The notes below the pieces were generated by a model. That model was not told the origin of the DNA. It did no database searches and worked only from the letters and a program-made list of their open reading frames with translations. Both the position numbers and the translations under genes were made by a program. 64,000 nt of DNA. It comes from Candidatus Aphodousia faecigallinarum. Lineage in GTDB: Bacteria; Pseudomonadota; Gammaproteobacteria; Burkholderiales; Burkholderiaceae_F. The stretch covers positions 12,222-76,221 of the forward strand of contig DVMY01000085.1 of assembly GCA_018714755.1 (NCBI GenBank), read 5' to 3'. Shown here piece by piece: positions 19,430 through 29,542 of the stretch. How positions within the stretch are numbered: the first letter of the stretch is position 1; the number at the start of each line of letters is the position of its first letter.

Positions 19430-21583
19430 TCAGGCCAAATTGACAAAACCAATTGTAACTATAGCACCATTTGATTGGGTGCCATTGAAGTGGCTTCGGT
19501 TGGCTATCTTAATCCAACCGCCATGTTCTTCAACAATTTTTTTAACCATCGGAAGACCTAATCCTGTTCCCGTTTCTTTTGTAGTGATATATGGTTCAAA
19601 GGCATGATCGAGAATTTGCTCACTAAATCCGGGACCGTCATCTTCTATGGTTAGAACGACTGTCTTATCCTTGCCTTCTCTTTCCACAGAGGTGGAGAGG
19701 TGGATATGGCAATCCGATTCGGCACCACATGCCTCTTTCGCATTTGAAAGTAAGTTATGGAGTACTTGTAATAATTGTGCGCGGTCAGCCAATATAGGAG
19801 GAAGATTGTTTTCTAAGGATAGCGTAACTGTCGCACCGGCTTGACGGTACAGAAGTGCCACATCGTCAAGTAACTCATTCAAATCCAATGTACGCAAGGT
19901 GGGTTTGGGTAACTTCGCATAGTCTCTAAAGTCGTTGACCATCTGTTTAATGGAAGAGACTTGTTCAACAATTGTTTTGGTGTAGCGATTTAATAGCTCT
20001 ACGTCTTCCTGTGGTAAATGCTTAGATAGTTTGATTTGCATTCGTTCGGCGGCTAATTGTATGGGGGTTAGTGGGTTTTTAATTTCATGGGCCATTCTTC
20101 TGGCGACTTCTCCCCAGGCAATCACTCTTTGCGCGGCCACAGCTTGTGTCATATCATCAATCACTATCAAGTATCCGGGGCCATCGTTTAGGGGAACGGA
20201 AGAGGTTCTAAGCATTAAGGTTAGGGGTTCTTTCTTTCCTTTTATGGAGAGCGAAGCGTTTTCTTGTTTTAATGAGCGTAAATTTTCACTCAGCATAGGT
20301 AAAACTAGTTCGGCGAGAGCAGGATCGGCTTCTTTTAATACCACACCAATTTGAAGCACGCTGTTACCTAGAATCTTCACAGCCCCCATGTTGGCTGAGC
20401 GAATGCGTTTTTGGTGATCCAAAACGATAATTCCAGTAGAAAGATTTTCAAGGATGCGCTCTCTGAAGATATTAGATTGTTCCAATTTTTCGCGTCTGCT
20501 CTCAAGCGTGTCCATGGCGTCGTTAACTTGTCTCACCATTACGTTGAACGCACGTGTTAATTCGTTAATTTCATCAGCCCCTGTGAATTCTTTAATTGGC
20601 TGATAGTGACCGCCAGTGACACGTCTAGTACCTTCGGCCAGTTGCCGGATGGGGGCTGTCATTCGACTTGCAAAAGAAAAAGCAGCCAGTACCGCGCATA
20701 ATATGGCCAACAATAAGCTTAAGACAAGAGACCAATGGTATATCGTTTGAAGGCCGCTACGGGAAAAAATGATTTGTTGGTAGTCTCTCAAACCGTTAGT
20801 GACTGCATTGATGTTGTGGGCTACAGATTCGGGAATTTCAATGCTGACCTGCAAAAAAAGATCATCGGACGAGGAATGATTATTGATGGGAACAATCGTC
20901 CGAACTCTCAATACACTACCGTCTTCGTTAGATTCTGAAGTTTCCTCTTCCAAGTCAGAAAAATATCCTTGTTGGCGAACAGTCTGTAAATCCCGTGTTG
21001 AAACGATCAGGTCGACGGAAGCCACTGGGGAGGTTTGTGTGAGGATTTGTCCCTGCTCATCAATTAGAAACAAAGTCGCCGAATTCGTCAGATCGCTCAT
21101 TCGAATTAATTCGTCACTCATTTCCGAAAATGAAATGCTACTTAACCTATCGGCGATGGTGCGGGTGGTCACTAATTGATCATTTTGGATGCGCAACAAC
21201 GAATTCTGCGCTAGAGCCACTCCGGAATCCAAAGCAGTTTCGACCCTGGAGTCCACCCCTGAGTCAAAAGCCTGAGAAATTAAATGAGTGGAGATTGTGT
21301 AGATCAATAATGACGGTAGCAAAGCAACAAATGAAATGGTGCACACAAGAGAGGCAAGCATGCGTGAACCAAATTGGTGTTGACGAAACCGTTTGACTAG
21401 TTTGGAAATTAAGGAAATAACTGTAATCAATAATCCCAAGGCGACCAGGGCGTTAATGATCAGCAAAAGGGGAAAATAAGGTTCTAATTTTTGAGAAACT
21501 GAACCAGCGGACGTGAGTAAAAACAACAAAATAACTACGACCGCTAAACCAATGCTCGCGCTGTATCGTAAGCGATATTTCAT
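19430..21583 (-). CDS. NtrY/PlrS-type sensor histidine kinase (HAMP, PAS, HisKA, HATPase)
   Basis: AWGEVARRMAHEIKNPLTPIQL H-box; NLLSNA, DDGPG and GTGLGL boxes. Confidence 0.92.
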   Translation of the reverse strand: MKYRLRYSASIGLAVVVILLFLLTSAGSVSQKLEPYFPLLLIINALVALGLLITVISLISKLVKRFRQHQFGSRMLASLVCTISFVALLPSLLIYTISTHLISQAFDSGVDSRVETALDSGVALAQNSLLRIQNDQLVTTRTIADRLSSISFSEMSDELIRMSDLTNSATLFLIDEQGQILTQTSPVASVDLIVSTRDLQTVRQQGYFSDLEEETSESNEDGSVLRVRTIVPINNHSSSDDLFLQVSIEIPESVAHNINAVTNGLRDYQQIIFSRSGLQTIYHWSLVLSLLLAILCAVLAAFSFASRMTAPIRQLAEGTRRVTGGHYQPIKEFTGADEINELTRAFNVMVRQVNDAMDTLESRREKLEQSNIFRERILENLSTGIIVLDHQKRIRSANMGAVKILGNSVLQIGVVLKEADPALAELVLPMLSENLRSLKQENASLSIKGKKEPLTLMLRTSSVPLNDGPGYLIVIDDMTQAVAAQRVIAWGEVARRMAHEIKNPLTPIQLAAERMQIKLSKHLPQEDVELLNRYTKTIVEQVSSIKQMVNDFRDYAKLPKPTLRTLDLNELLDDVALLYRQAGATVTLSLENNLPPILADRAQLLQVLHNLLSNAKEACGAESDCHIHLSTSVEREGKDKTVVLTIEDDGPGFSEQILDHAFEPYITTKETGTGLGLPMVKKIVEEHGGWIKIANRSHFNGTQSNGAIVTIGFVNLA

Positions 21584-22179
21584 TGCGCACTATCCTTAGG
21601 ATGAGTAATGCTGCGGTCAAAATTGACAGTCTGCCAGTCAGAAGTTAAATCCCAGTCATTTTCTCCTATAGTGACTTGCATGGGAAGGGGAAGCTGATCA
21701 ATATCCAATCGAACTCGTACCTCGGCTGTGCAGTCATCCGGTTTCTCAAGCACCGATTCATCTGAGACGCGCCATCCATGAAGCGACTTGAGGATAGCTA
21801 ACGCTTCAGATAGCGAATCAAAAGATAAGGACAATCCCCCGCGAGACACTCTGTATTGGCGGGTTAAGGGACTATACGACAAGCGTGTCATTAAAGAGGC
21901 CTCGATAATGGGTTTGTTTACCCAATACCAGCGCTCTTGCTCAACCGTGAATTCTGTGACGAAATAAAGAGGAATTCCCTTATTTAAAGCATCCTGGACG
22001 CTTCTTGGAAGGTCAAACTCGACATTAATATCTAAATAAAGTCCCTCTGAAGGCGTGGCTTTAGAAGAGAGTGTTGATGACATAACAATTATGTCATTTG
22101 CCCAGACCACAGCACTACTGACCAGTCCTGCGATGAGAACCAGCATCAAGTAGATGTAGTGTCGAGCGGCGCGAATCAC
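21580..22179 (-). CDS. DUF4390 domain periplasmic protein
   Basis: ALNKGIPLYF...RWYW...LSYSPLTRQY...LPLPMQ; conserved position between rsmB and the NtrY-type kinase. Confidence 0.85.
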   Translation of the reverse strand: MIRAARHYIYLMLVLIAGLVSSAVVWANDIIVMSSTLSSKATPSEGLYLDINVEFDLPRSVQDALNKGIPLYFVTEFTVEQERWYWVNKPIIEASLMTRLSYSPLTRQYRVSRGGLSLSFDSLSEALAILKSLHGWRVSDESVLEKPDDCTAEVRVRLDIDQLPLPMQVTIGENDWDLTSDWQTVNFDRSITHPKDSAQ

Positions 22180-23489
22180 TTAGTTTGTCCTTTTGTCAGT
22201 AAGGCGTAGAAAAAACCGTCATGGTTAAGCGGCAAATGTTCATCAACCTCATTGTCTGTAGGAATTAACCTCAACATTCCCTCGGAACAAAGCGAAGATC
22301 CCTTCAATCGAGCTTCCGGATGAGTTTTCAAGAAACTTTGGATCTGATCGGGGCCCTCTTCTGGGAAAAGAGAACATACAACGTATAGTAAATCTTTACC
22401 AAGAGGTAATTTTTCCCACAGTGACTCTAATAATTTTTTTTGTCTAGCGGCCAAAAGCGGGATATCCTCAGGTCTTCTAGACCAGACAATATCAGGGTGA
22501 CGGCGAACGATACCGGAAGCGGTACAAGGAGCATCCAGCAATATTGCGTCAAAATCTCCCAGCTGGTTCAACAAAGAAGTCTCGGAAGCATCTCCGACGA
22601 CTATTTTAGCCTCCAGACCTAAACGGGTAAGGGTTTCATCAATCCGAGTCGCTCTTGTCGGGTCAATTTCAAGAGCCGTGACTTTGACTTTGTAAGTTTC
22701 AAGCAGCTGTGCAGTTTTTCCGCCGGGTGCCGCACAAGCATCCAAGACGCGGTCCCCATCATGAAGTTGAAGAAAATCTCTGACCAACTGGCTGCCGGCA
22801 TCTTGTACTGAGCAAAGACCTTCGTGGAAGCCAGGAATTTGACTGACGGGACAAGCGGGTTCAATAACAACCGCCCACGGTCCAACTTGTTTACCTACTA
22901 AACCACTTTTGTTTAGTTTTTCTAAATAGTCTTTAACTGTTATTCGGGAGCAATTAATTCTCAATGTTAGCGGGGGGCGCTGATTCTGAACCCTGAGTAT
23001 GCTCTGCCAGTGTCTAGGATAATCTTGACGAATTTTTGAAATCCACCAAGCTGGGCAGTTATAACGAGTGACTAAGTTAGTTTTAAACGATGCCGTCAGC
23101 TGGGAACGATTCCTGAGAAAGTTTCTCAATACGGCGTTGATAAAACCGCTCGACCAGGCGCTTTCGGGATTTTCCTTGGCGGCTTCGACTGCTTGATTGA
23201 CAATAGTGAATGGTTTTTCTGTCCCCTCAAGAAGTAAGGCCAAAGCAATACTCAAAATGGCTTTAACTTTTTCATGGGGCTCTTTTTTTACGAGTTTCCC
23301 TAGCAGTGCTTCGACTTGGGCTTTATACCGGATACTGGTATAGAGCAGACTTTGAACCGCGCCTTTTATTTCAGGGGTTTGATTTTGAAGACAGAGAGAA
23401 AGCGCTTTCTCCAAGGAGGCAGACTCGCTAAAAAGTTTAGGCCAGCCTACGGTGCTCACAGAAATAGCTTTACTCAAAGAGACACTCAT
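22176..23489 (-). CDS. rsmB: 16S rRNA m5C967 methyltransferase
   Basis: NusB-like N-terminus (FINAVLRNF), SVQD, VLDACAAPGGKT, LLDAPCTASG and HDGFFYA motifs. Confidence 0.95.
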   Translation of the reverse strand: MSVSLSKAISVSTVGWPKLFSESASLEKALSLCLQNQTPEIKGAVQSLLYTSIRYKAQVEALLGKLVKKEPHEKVKAILSIALALLLEGTEKPFTIVNQAVEAAKENPESAWSSGFINAVLRNFLRNRSQLTASFKTNLVTRYNCPAWWISKIRQDYPRHWQSILRVQNQRPPLTLRINCSRITVKDYLEKLNKSGLVGKQVGPWAVVIEPACPVSQIPGFHEGLCSVQDAGSQLVRDFLQLHDGDRVLDACAAPGGKTAQLLETYKVKVTALEIDPTRATRIDETLTRLGLEAKIVVGDASETSLLNQLGDFDAILLDAPCTASGIVRRHPDIVWSRRPEDIPLLAARQKKLLESLWEKLPLGKDLLYVVCSLFPEEGPDQIQSFLKTHPEARLKGSSLCSEGMLRLIPTDNEVDEHLPLNHDGFFYALLTKGQTK

Positions 23490-24448
23490 TTCAAGTACTC
23501 TCCAACGACAATGTTGTAGCCCTGAAGAAAGCTTTGGGCAGACATCTTAGGTTTCCCAGGTCTTTGAAGGACCGTGGCTCGAATGGCCCCTCGGGCGCAA
23601 GCGATGACAACACCCTCTTTGTCAATCTGCAAAACTTCTCCGGGTTTACCTGACATATCTGGGCAAGGTTGGGCTTGCCAAATCTTAATGATCGTTCCGT
23701 TGTGTTCGGCAAAAGAAGAGGGGAAGGGGCTAAAAGCTCGAATTTTTCTTTCTACTTCTTCAAATGGGAGATCAAAATTTAAATGACCTTCTTCTTTGGT
23801 GACCTTATGGGCATAAGTGACCCCCTCTGATGGTTGAGGGGTAATTGTGATTTTTTCTGGAGCAGCTAAAAGTCGAACGAGCATTTCCGCGCCTAATTTG
23901 GCAACGGTTTCTGTCAAAGAGGCTGTCGTTTCCTTTCCTGTTAATGGGAACGATTCTTGTAAAAGCATGGGCCCGGTATCCAACCCGGCATCCATTTTCA
24001 TCAGGGTTACGCCAAAAGAGCGATCTCCAGACTCAATGGCTCGAGTAATAGGCGCCGCTCCACGCCACCTTGGCAATAGGCTGGCATGAATATTGATGCA
24101 CTTGACGCTATGGTCAGAGCCAATTCCTTGAGGGATTGCCAATACAGATTCAGGAAGTAGCATCCCGTAGGCGGCAACAACCATGACGTCGGCTCGAAGG
24201 GAACTTAGTAAATCTAGAGTTTCTTGAGCCGTTTGCGGATCTTTTTTGACCGATAATGTACTCGGTGTGCGCACGGGGATGTTATTTTGCAGTGCTATCG
24301 CTTTGACAGCCGACGGGGTCAGCTTCATCCCTCGACCACTTGGGCGATCTGGTTGAGACAGTACTAAGCAAATATCGTGGCCAGCCTCAATGAGCGCTTC
24401 GAGCGCACAGGCGGCAAACGGTGGTGTTCCAGCAAATATGATTTTCAT
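23486..24448 (-). CDS. fmt: methionyl-tRNA formyltransferase
   Basis: IFAGTPPFA, QPDRPSGRG, VVAAYG and NIHASLLPRWRGAAPI motifs. Confidence 0.97.
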   Translation of the reverse strand: MKIIFAGTPPFAACALEALIEAGHDICLVLSQPDRPSGRGMKLTPSAVKAIALQNNIPVRTPSTLSVKKDPQTAQETLDLLSSLRADVMVVAAYGMLLPESVLAIPQGIGSDHSVKCINIHASLLPRWRGAAPITRAIESGDRSFGVTLMKMDAGLDTGPMLLQESFPLTGKETTASLTETVAKLGAEMLVRLLAAPEKITITPQPSEGVTYAHKVTKEEGHLNFDLPFEEVERKIRAFSPFPSSFAEHNGTIIKIWQAQPCPDMSGKPGEVLQIDKEGVVIACARGAIRATVLQRPGKPKMSAQSFLQGYNIVVGEYLK

Positions 24449-24562
24449 GCCTTCAATTTTAGTGTGTTCATATTGTTAGGGTGGCTTAAAGACAAGGATT
24501 TTTGGTTACGTGTTCAAAAGTTGTTGGTAAAGCGATACACTTTTTGAAAAAAGAGGAATTGA

Positions 24563-25462
24563 ATGCGCGAAGTTAAAACAACGGACAACATAAACATAGC
24601 TTACGATATCTATGGGGATGACGCTTCTCCTGCTATTTTGTTGATTATGGGACTTGGAATGCCTTCTCAGGCCTGGCCGAAACATCTGATTGAGCAGTTA
24701 GTTCAACAAGGTCTGCGAGTGGTTGTTTTTGATAATCGTGATAGTGGTCACTCTTCAAAAATTGATCTTCCGGTAGGCATGTTTTCAGTTTACAGAGCAA
24801 TTTTTCAAACGCTTTTGCGCAAACCTGTGAAAGGATGCTATTCGCTTGAAGATATGGCCGCGGACGCAGTATCCATATTGGATGAGCTAAAAATCAAGCG
24901 CGCTCATGTTATGGGAATATCAATGGGAGCGATGATTGCGCAAGTTATTGCATATTTATATCCTCAAAGAGTGGCGTCGTTAATTTCCGTGATGGGCGCT
25001 TCAGGTAATCCCCGAACGGGTCTGGGGAAGTTCGGGGCCATTAAGTCATTACTCAATAAGCCGGCAAAAGATAATGATCTTGAAGCCATGCAAGTTTATT
25101 TAACAAAAATGTTCAAGGCCATCGGCACCAGTGGACAAAGTTATTCGAAGGAGCAAATAAGGGATGTGGCGCAAGCGATGGTACAAAGCGGTTATGAGCA
25201 GACATGGAGCTACAGGCAACTCTTAGCTATTTTATCTTCGGGCGATCGATCAAAATCTCTGAAAAGGATAATGGCTCCAACGTTGGTGATTCATGGGCGA
25301 AAAGATCCCCTTTTGCCGATCAGAGCGGGCGAAGAAGTGATGCGGTTAATTCCGAACTCAAAGATGCTCAGTGTCGATAAAATGGGACACGATTTGCCGG
25401 ATGTTGTTATTGACCAAATTATTCCGGCCATATCAAAACATTGTCATCGCTACAAAGGTTAG
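24563..25462 (+). CDS. alpha/beta fold hydrolase
   Basis: LIMGLG, FDNRDSGHS, nucleophile elbow GISMG, HGRKDPL and MGHDLP (Ser-Asp-His triad). Confidence 0.9.
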   Translation: MREVKTTDNINIAYDIYGDDASPAILLIMGLGMPSQAWPKHLIEQLVQQGLRVVVFDNRDSGHSSKIDLPVGMFSVYRAIFQTLLRKPVKGCYSLEDMAADAVSILDELKIKRAHVMGISMGAMIAQVIAYLYPQRVASLISVMGASGNPRTGLGKFGAIKSLLNKPAKDNDLEAMQVYLTKMFKAIGTSGQSYSKEQIRDVAQAMVQSGYEQTWSYRQLLAILSSGDRSKSLKRIMAPTLVIHGRKDPLLPIRAGEEVMRLIPNSKMLSVDKMGHDLPDVVIDQIIPAISKHCHRYKG

Positions 25463-25980
25463 TGCGTCTTTTCACGTTTTTCTTGTTGACGGCGTTTTTT
25501 TAGTTTGGCGCAAGCCCGATCGTATTTAAGTCGACTTAAATGATCAATGAAAACGGTTCCGTCCAAATGATCTAACTCGTGCTGGATGCAAATAGCCAGG
25601 AGGCCGTCGGCTTGCAGTGATTGCTGTAGGCCATCAAGATCCATATATTCAACGGTAATGGCGGTATTGCGAGTCACTTTTTCCCAAACGCCAGGCAAAG
25701 ATAAACAGCCTTCCTCGCCGGTTTCCTCTTCAGAACTTCGCTCAGTAATAACAGGGTTAATCAATGTCAATAAATGATTTTTCTCTTCGCTGACATCAAT
25801 GACAACCATCCTGATCGGGTCACCCACTTGAGGCGCCGCCAAGCCAACTCCAGGAGCCTTATACATTGTTTCAGCCATATCAGCGGCCAATTGCCGAATG
25901 TTATCGGTAATCTCAGTAACCGTTTGGCACTTCATTGCCAAAATGGGATTTGGAAACTGAACAATCGGTAAAATAGCCAC
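25459..25980 (-). CDS. def: peptide deformylase
   Basis: GVGLAAPQ, EGCLS and QHELDHL motifs; GTG start with GGAG SD. Confidence 0.97.
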   Translation of the reverse strand: MAILPIVQFPNPILAMKCQTVTEITDNIRQLAADMAETMYKAPGVGLAAPQVGDPIRMVVIDVSEEKNHLLTLINPVITERSSEEETGEEGCLSLPGVWEKVTRNTAITVEYMDLDGLQQSLQADGLLAICIQHELDHLDGTVFIDHLSRLKYDRACAKLKKRRQQEKREKTH

Positions 25981-26061
25981 GAGTTGACTCCATAAAGAGA
26001 TAATTTTTAGTTCGGGGAATTTTAGCGCAATTATCCTGCCTTTCGGGAAAAAGGGAAGTTT

Positions 26062-26925
26062 ATGCTTTTAGATGATCAGAAATATTGGCTGGAACTGGTT
26101 TTGACACCAGGAATGAATTTTAAGGATTGCTATGCGCTTTTAAAAGCTTTTGGCTTGCCGGAAAATATTTTTAACCAGTCACTTTCTTCATTGATGAGGG
26201 TCATTCCTCAGTCATTGGCTGTGGCTATCTATAGGCACGATGATTCAGAAGTACAAGAAAAGGTCTTTAAAGTGATGGATTTTCTTTCAAAAAATCCAAA
26301 GGCCAGGCTCATCGTTCCGAGTGATGAGGATTTCCCAAGAAAATTTTATGCATTGTCTGAGCCGCCGCTTTTGACTTTAGCAGTAGGAGATGTCTCCTTA
26401 TTGAATAATGAAACCTTGAGTTTGGTTGGAACTTCTCACCCAAGTTCTGACGGACAAAACATAACGCAAAATTGGACAAGGGCTCTTCTGAATAAAGATT
26501 TGACTTTGGTTCAATCCGATCAGGCAGGAGTAGAAAATATTGCCTTGAAAACGGCTGCGCAATTTGGGTCAAATCCTTTTGTTTTTGTATCTAACTTTCG
26601 AGAAATAGATGCTAATTTTGCACAACAGCTTCAATTTATGTCAGAAAGAGGACTTTTCTTAGGCGCTTTGGGTGATGCAAATCAAATTTGGTTAGGACGA
26701 CGTAAATTATTAATAGCGGCCGTTGAACATTTTGTAGTTATCGAAGCAGGAATTCGTTCTCGAACTTTATCACTAGTGAGAGAAGCGGCTGACGCAGGAA
26801 GAAATGTCATGGCGGTGCCTGGTTCCATCCATTCTCCTTTATCCAAAGGATGTCACAAGTTGATTAGGGAGGGAGCGCGCCTGGTTGAGTCTGTGGATGA
26901 TATTTTGGAAGAAGCAAAAAATTAG
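26062..26925 (+). CDS. dprA: DNA-processing protein DprA (divergent, truncated)
   Basis: C-terminal VIEAGIRS.TL...A..AGRNVMAVPGSIHSPLSKGCHKLIREGARLVES motif; located between def and topB; central motifs degenerate. Confidence 0.82.
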   Translation: MLLDDQKYWLELVLTPGMNFKDCYALLKAFGLPENIFNQSLSSLMRVIPQSLAVAIYRHDDSEVQEKVFKVMDFLSKNPKARLIVPSDEDFPRKFYALSEPPLLTLAVGDVSLLNNETLSLVGTSHPSSDGQNITQNWTRALLNKDLTLVQSDQAGVENIALKTAAQFGSNPFVFVSNFREIDANFAQQLQFMSERGLFLGALGDANQIWLGRRKLLIAAVEHFVVIEAGIRSRTLSLVREAADAGRNVMAVPGSIHSPLSKGCHKLIREGARLVESVDDILEEAKN

Positions 26926-27029
26926 AACTTTTTTCGGAAAAAGTTAGAAAAATTTTAATTTCTTTAGTGTTTAGTGCTACTCTAAAAAAGCAATTTTGGG
27001 AAAATCCTAAAAACCGAATTTAAGAAAAA

Positions 27030-29501
27030 ATGACTGAAAAAGTATTAGTTATCGCAGAAAAGCCCTCCGTAGCCTCGGATATTGCTAAGGTGCTTGGAGG
27101 CATGAAAAAAGAAAAAGATTATTTTGAGGGTGAGCACTATGTAGTCAGTTCCGCAGTAGGTCACCTATTGGAATTGGCGATCCCTGAAAAATATGAAGTT
27201 AAAAGAGGAAAGTGGACCTTCGCGCACTTGCCGGTTTTACCACCGGTTTTTGATTTAAAGCCTATCAAGAAAACAGAAGATCGTTTGAAATTATTAAAGC
27301 GTTTACTGAAGCGCTCCGACATATCAACGATTGTTAACGCTTGTGATGCTGGACGTGAAGGGGAATTGATCTTTCGCTACATCATTCAAGCTAGCAAGTG
27401 TAAGAAGACCATTAAGCGGCTATGGCTGCAGTCAATGACCCCCGCGGCCATTCGAGAGGCTTTTGATCATCTTAGAACAGATGAAGAAATGCAGCACTTG
27501 GCTGACGCGGCTCGCTCTCGTTCTGAGGCGGATTGGCTTGTGGGTATTAACGGAACGCGTGCTATGACGGCGTTCAATAGTAAAGATGGCGGCTTTTTCT
27601 TAACAACTGTGGGCCGAGTTCAAACGCCGACATTAGCGATTGTGGTTGAACGTGAAGAAAAAATAGACGCCTTTGTCAGTCAAAAATATTGGGAAGTTCA
27701 TACTCAGGTAAAGGCCAAAGCAGGGGAATACGAAGCGATTTGGTTTGATCCGCAATTTAAAAAACAAGACGACAAGCCTCATGCTAAAGCCGAGCGTATT
27801 TGGGAGAAAGAAAAGGCGCAAGAGCTGTGTAAAAAAATTAATCAGCAAAGTGCAGAAGTTCACGACTCCGCTAAACGAACCACTCAGCTTTCGCCTTTAC
27901 TGTTTGATTTGACGAGTTTACAGCGTGAAGCCAACAATCGGTTTGGTTTCTCCGCAAAAACTACACTGGCTTTAGCGCAGTCTCTGTATGAAAAGCACAA
28001 AGTGTTGACCTATCCAAGAACGGATGCGAGAGCGCTGCCTGAGGACTATGTCTCGACGGTCAAAGATACGTTAAAAGTGTTGTCTGAGTTGTCTCAATAC
28101 AGTGTGAATGCGGCTGAAATTCTTTCAAATAAGTGGGTTAAACCGACAAAAAGAATTTTTGATAACGCCAAGATATCGGATCACTTCGCCATTATTCCGA
28201 CTTTGCAGCTTCCCAAGAGGCTTTCAGAACCGGAGCAAAAGATTTATGACTTGGTAGTAAAGCGCTTTCTTTCCGTGTTTTTCCCGGCGGCTGAATACGA
28301 TGTGACAACTCGTATTACGACGGTGCAAAAAGAACAGTTGAAAACAGAAGGAAAGGTTTTGGTTAAAGCTGGTTGGCTTTCTGTATATGGACGTGACGCG
28401 GAACAGGCGGAAACCTTGCCGGTGATTGCTACCGGTGAAAAAGTCCTGATTCAGAATGCATTTACTGAGGAAAAATTAACTAAAGCTCCCGCTCGTTACA
28501 CAGAAGCAACATTGTTGTCGGCCATGGAAGGGGCCGGTAAGTTAGTGGAAGAGGATGAGTTAAGGGAGGCTATGGCCGGCAAAGGGTTAGGCACCCCTGC
28601 TACTCGCGCGGCTATTATCGAAGGGCTTTTACTTCAAAATTATTTGAGACGAGATGGCAGGGATTTAGTACCAACCTACAAGGCTAGGCAGCTTTTTGCA
28701 CTGTTGAAGGGACTTGGTGTTTCAGAGCTTTCTGAACCGGAATTGACCGGAGAATGGGAATATAAGTTAGCCCAAATTGAACAAGGCAAACTCTCACGCG
28801 ATATCTTCATGAAGGAGATTCGGGATATGACGGTGGAGATTGTTGATGCCGCCAAACGCTACGAGGGTGATACTGTACCTATTGAAAATCCGGCTCACCT
28901 AAAAAATCCTTGTCCAAAATGCGGAGCCGAAATAGTAGAAAATTATCGACGTTTCGCTTGTACAAAGTGTGATTTCAGTTTACCCAAACATCCTGGAGGT
29001 CGGACTTTCGAGGTCTCGGAAGTGGAAACACTACTAAAAGAGGGGGAAATAGGCCCATTGGATGGCTTTATCAGCAAAATGGGGCGTCCGTTTTCATCGA
29101 AGTTGCGCTTAAACGAAGACCATAAGCTGGAATTCGATTTTGGTAATGAGGATAAAGAGAAGGACGAGCCGTTGGATTTATCTGTTTTGCCGATAGTGGG
29201 TAAATGTCCGAAATGCGGTTCCAATGTCTACGACAGCCCTAAGGGTTACGTTTGCGAAAAAACTTTGCAAAAAGGGTGTGATTTCAGAATGGGGAAAACC
29301 ATTTTGCAGCAACCCATTTCAGTAGAAGAGGCAAAGAAGATTCTTTCTGAAGGTAAAAGCAGTGAATTAAATGGCTTTGTCTCTAATCGAACAAAGCGGA
29401 GCTTTTCGGCATTTTTAGTGCTAGGGAAAAATGGTTCCGTTGGGTTTGAGTTTGCTCAGCCAAAAACAAAAGCTACTAAGAAAAAGAGCGCAAAAAAATA
29501 A
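27030..29501 (+). CDS. topB: DNA topoisomerase III (type IA) with C-terminal zinc ribbons
   Basis: IAEKPSVA, NACDAGREGELIF, GRVQTPTL, catalytic LTYPRTD, GLGTPATRAAIIE; CPKCG repeats. Confidence 0.93.
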   Translation: MTEKVLVIAEKPSVASDIAKVLGGMKKEKDYFEGEHYVVSSAVGHLLELAIPEKYEVKRGKWTFAHLPVLPPVFDLKPIKKTEDRLKLLKRLLKRSDISTIVNACDAGREGELIFRYIIQASKCKKTIKRLWLQSMTPAAIREAFDHLRTDEEMQHLADAARSRSEADWLVGINGTRAMTAFNSKDGGFFLTTVGRVQTPTLAIVVEREEKIDAFVSQKYWEVHTQVKAKAGEYEAIWFDPQFKKQDDKPHAKAERIWEKEKAQELCKKINQQSAEVHDSAKRTTQLSPLLFDLTSLQREANNRFGFSAKTTLALAQSLYEKHKVLTYPRTDARALPEDYVSTVKDTLKVLSELSQYSVNAAEILSNKWVKPTKRIFDNAKISDHFAIIPTLQLPKRLSEPEQKIYDLVVKRFLSVFFPAAEYDVTTRITTVQKEQLKTEGKVLVKAGWLSVYGRDAEQAETLPVIATGEKVLIQNAFTEEKLTKAPARYTEATLLSAMEGAGKLVEEDELREAMAGKGLGTPATRAAIIEGLLLQNYLRRDGRDLVPTYKARQLFALLKGLGVSELSEPELTGEWEYKLAQIEQGKLSRDIFMKEIRDMTVEIVDAAKRYEGDTVPIENPAHLKNPCPKCGAEIVENYRRFACTKCDFSLPKHPGGRTFEVSEVETLLKEGEIGPLDGFISKMGRPFSSKLRLNEDHKLEFDFGNEDKEKDEPLDLSVLPIVGKCPKCGSNVYDSPKGYVCEKTLQKGCDFRMGKTILQQPISVEEAKKILSEGKSSELNGFVSNRTKRSFSAFLVLGKNGSVGFEFAQPKTKATKKKSAKK

Positions 29502-29508
29502 AAAGTCA

Positions 29509-29535
29509 TGAGACTGCCGGATGCCGGCAGTCTCA
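29509..29535. terminator. intrinsic terminator between convergent topB and paeA
   Basis: Perfect 12-bp stem TGAGACTGCCGG-ATG-CCGGCAGTCTCA with A-rich flanks. Confidence 0.78.
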
Positions 29536-29542
29536 AAAATAT

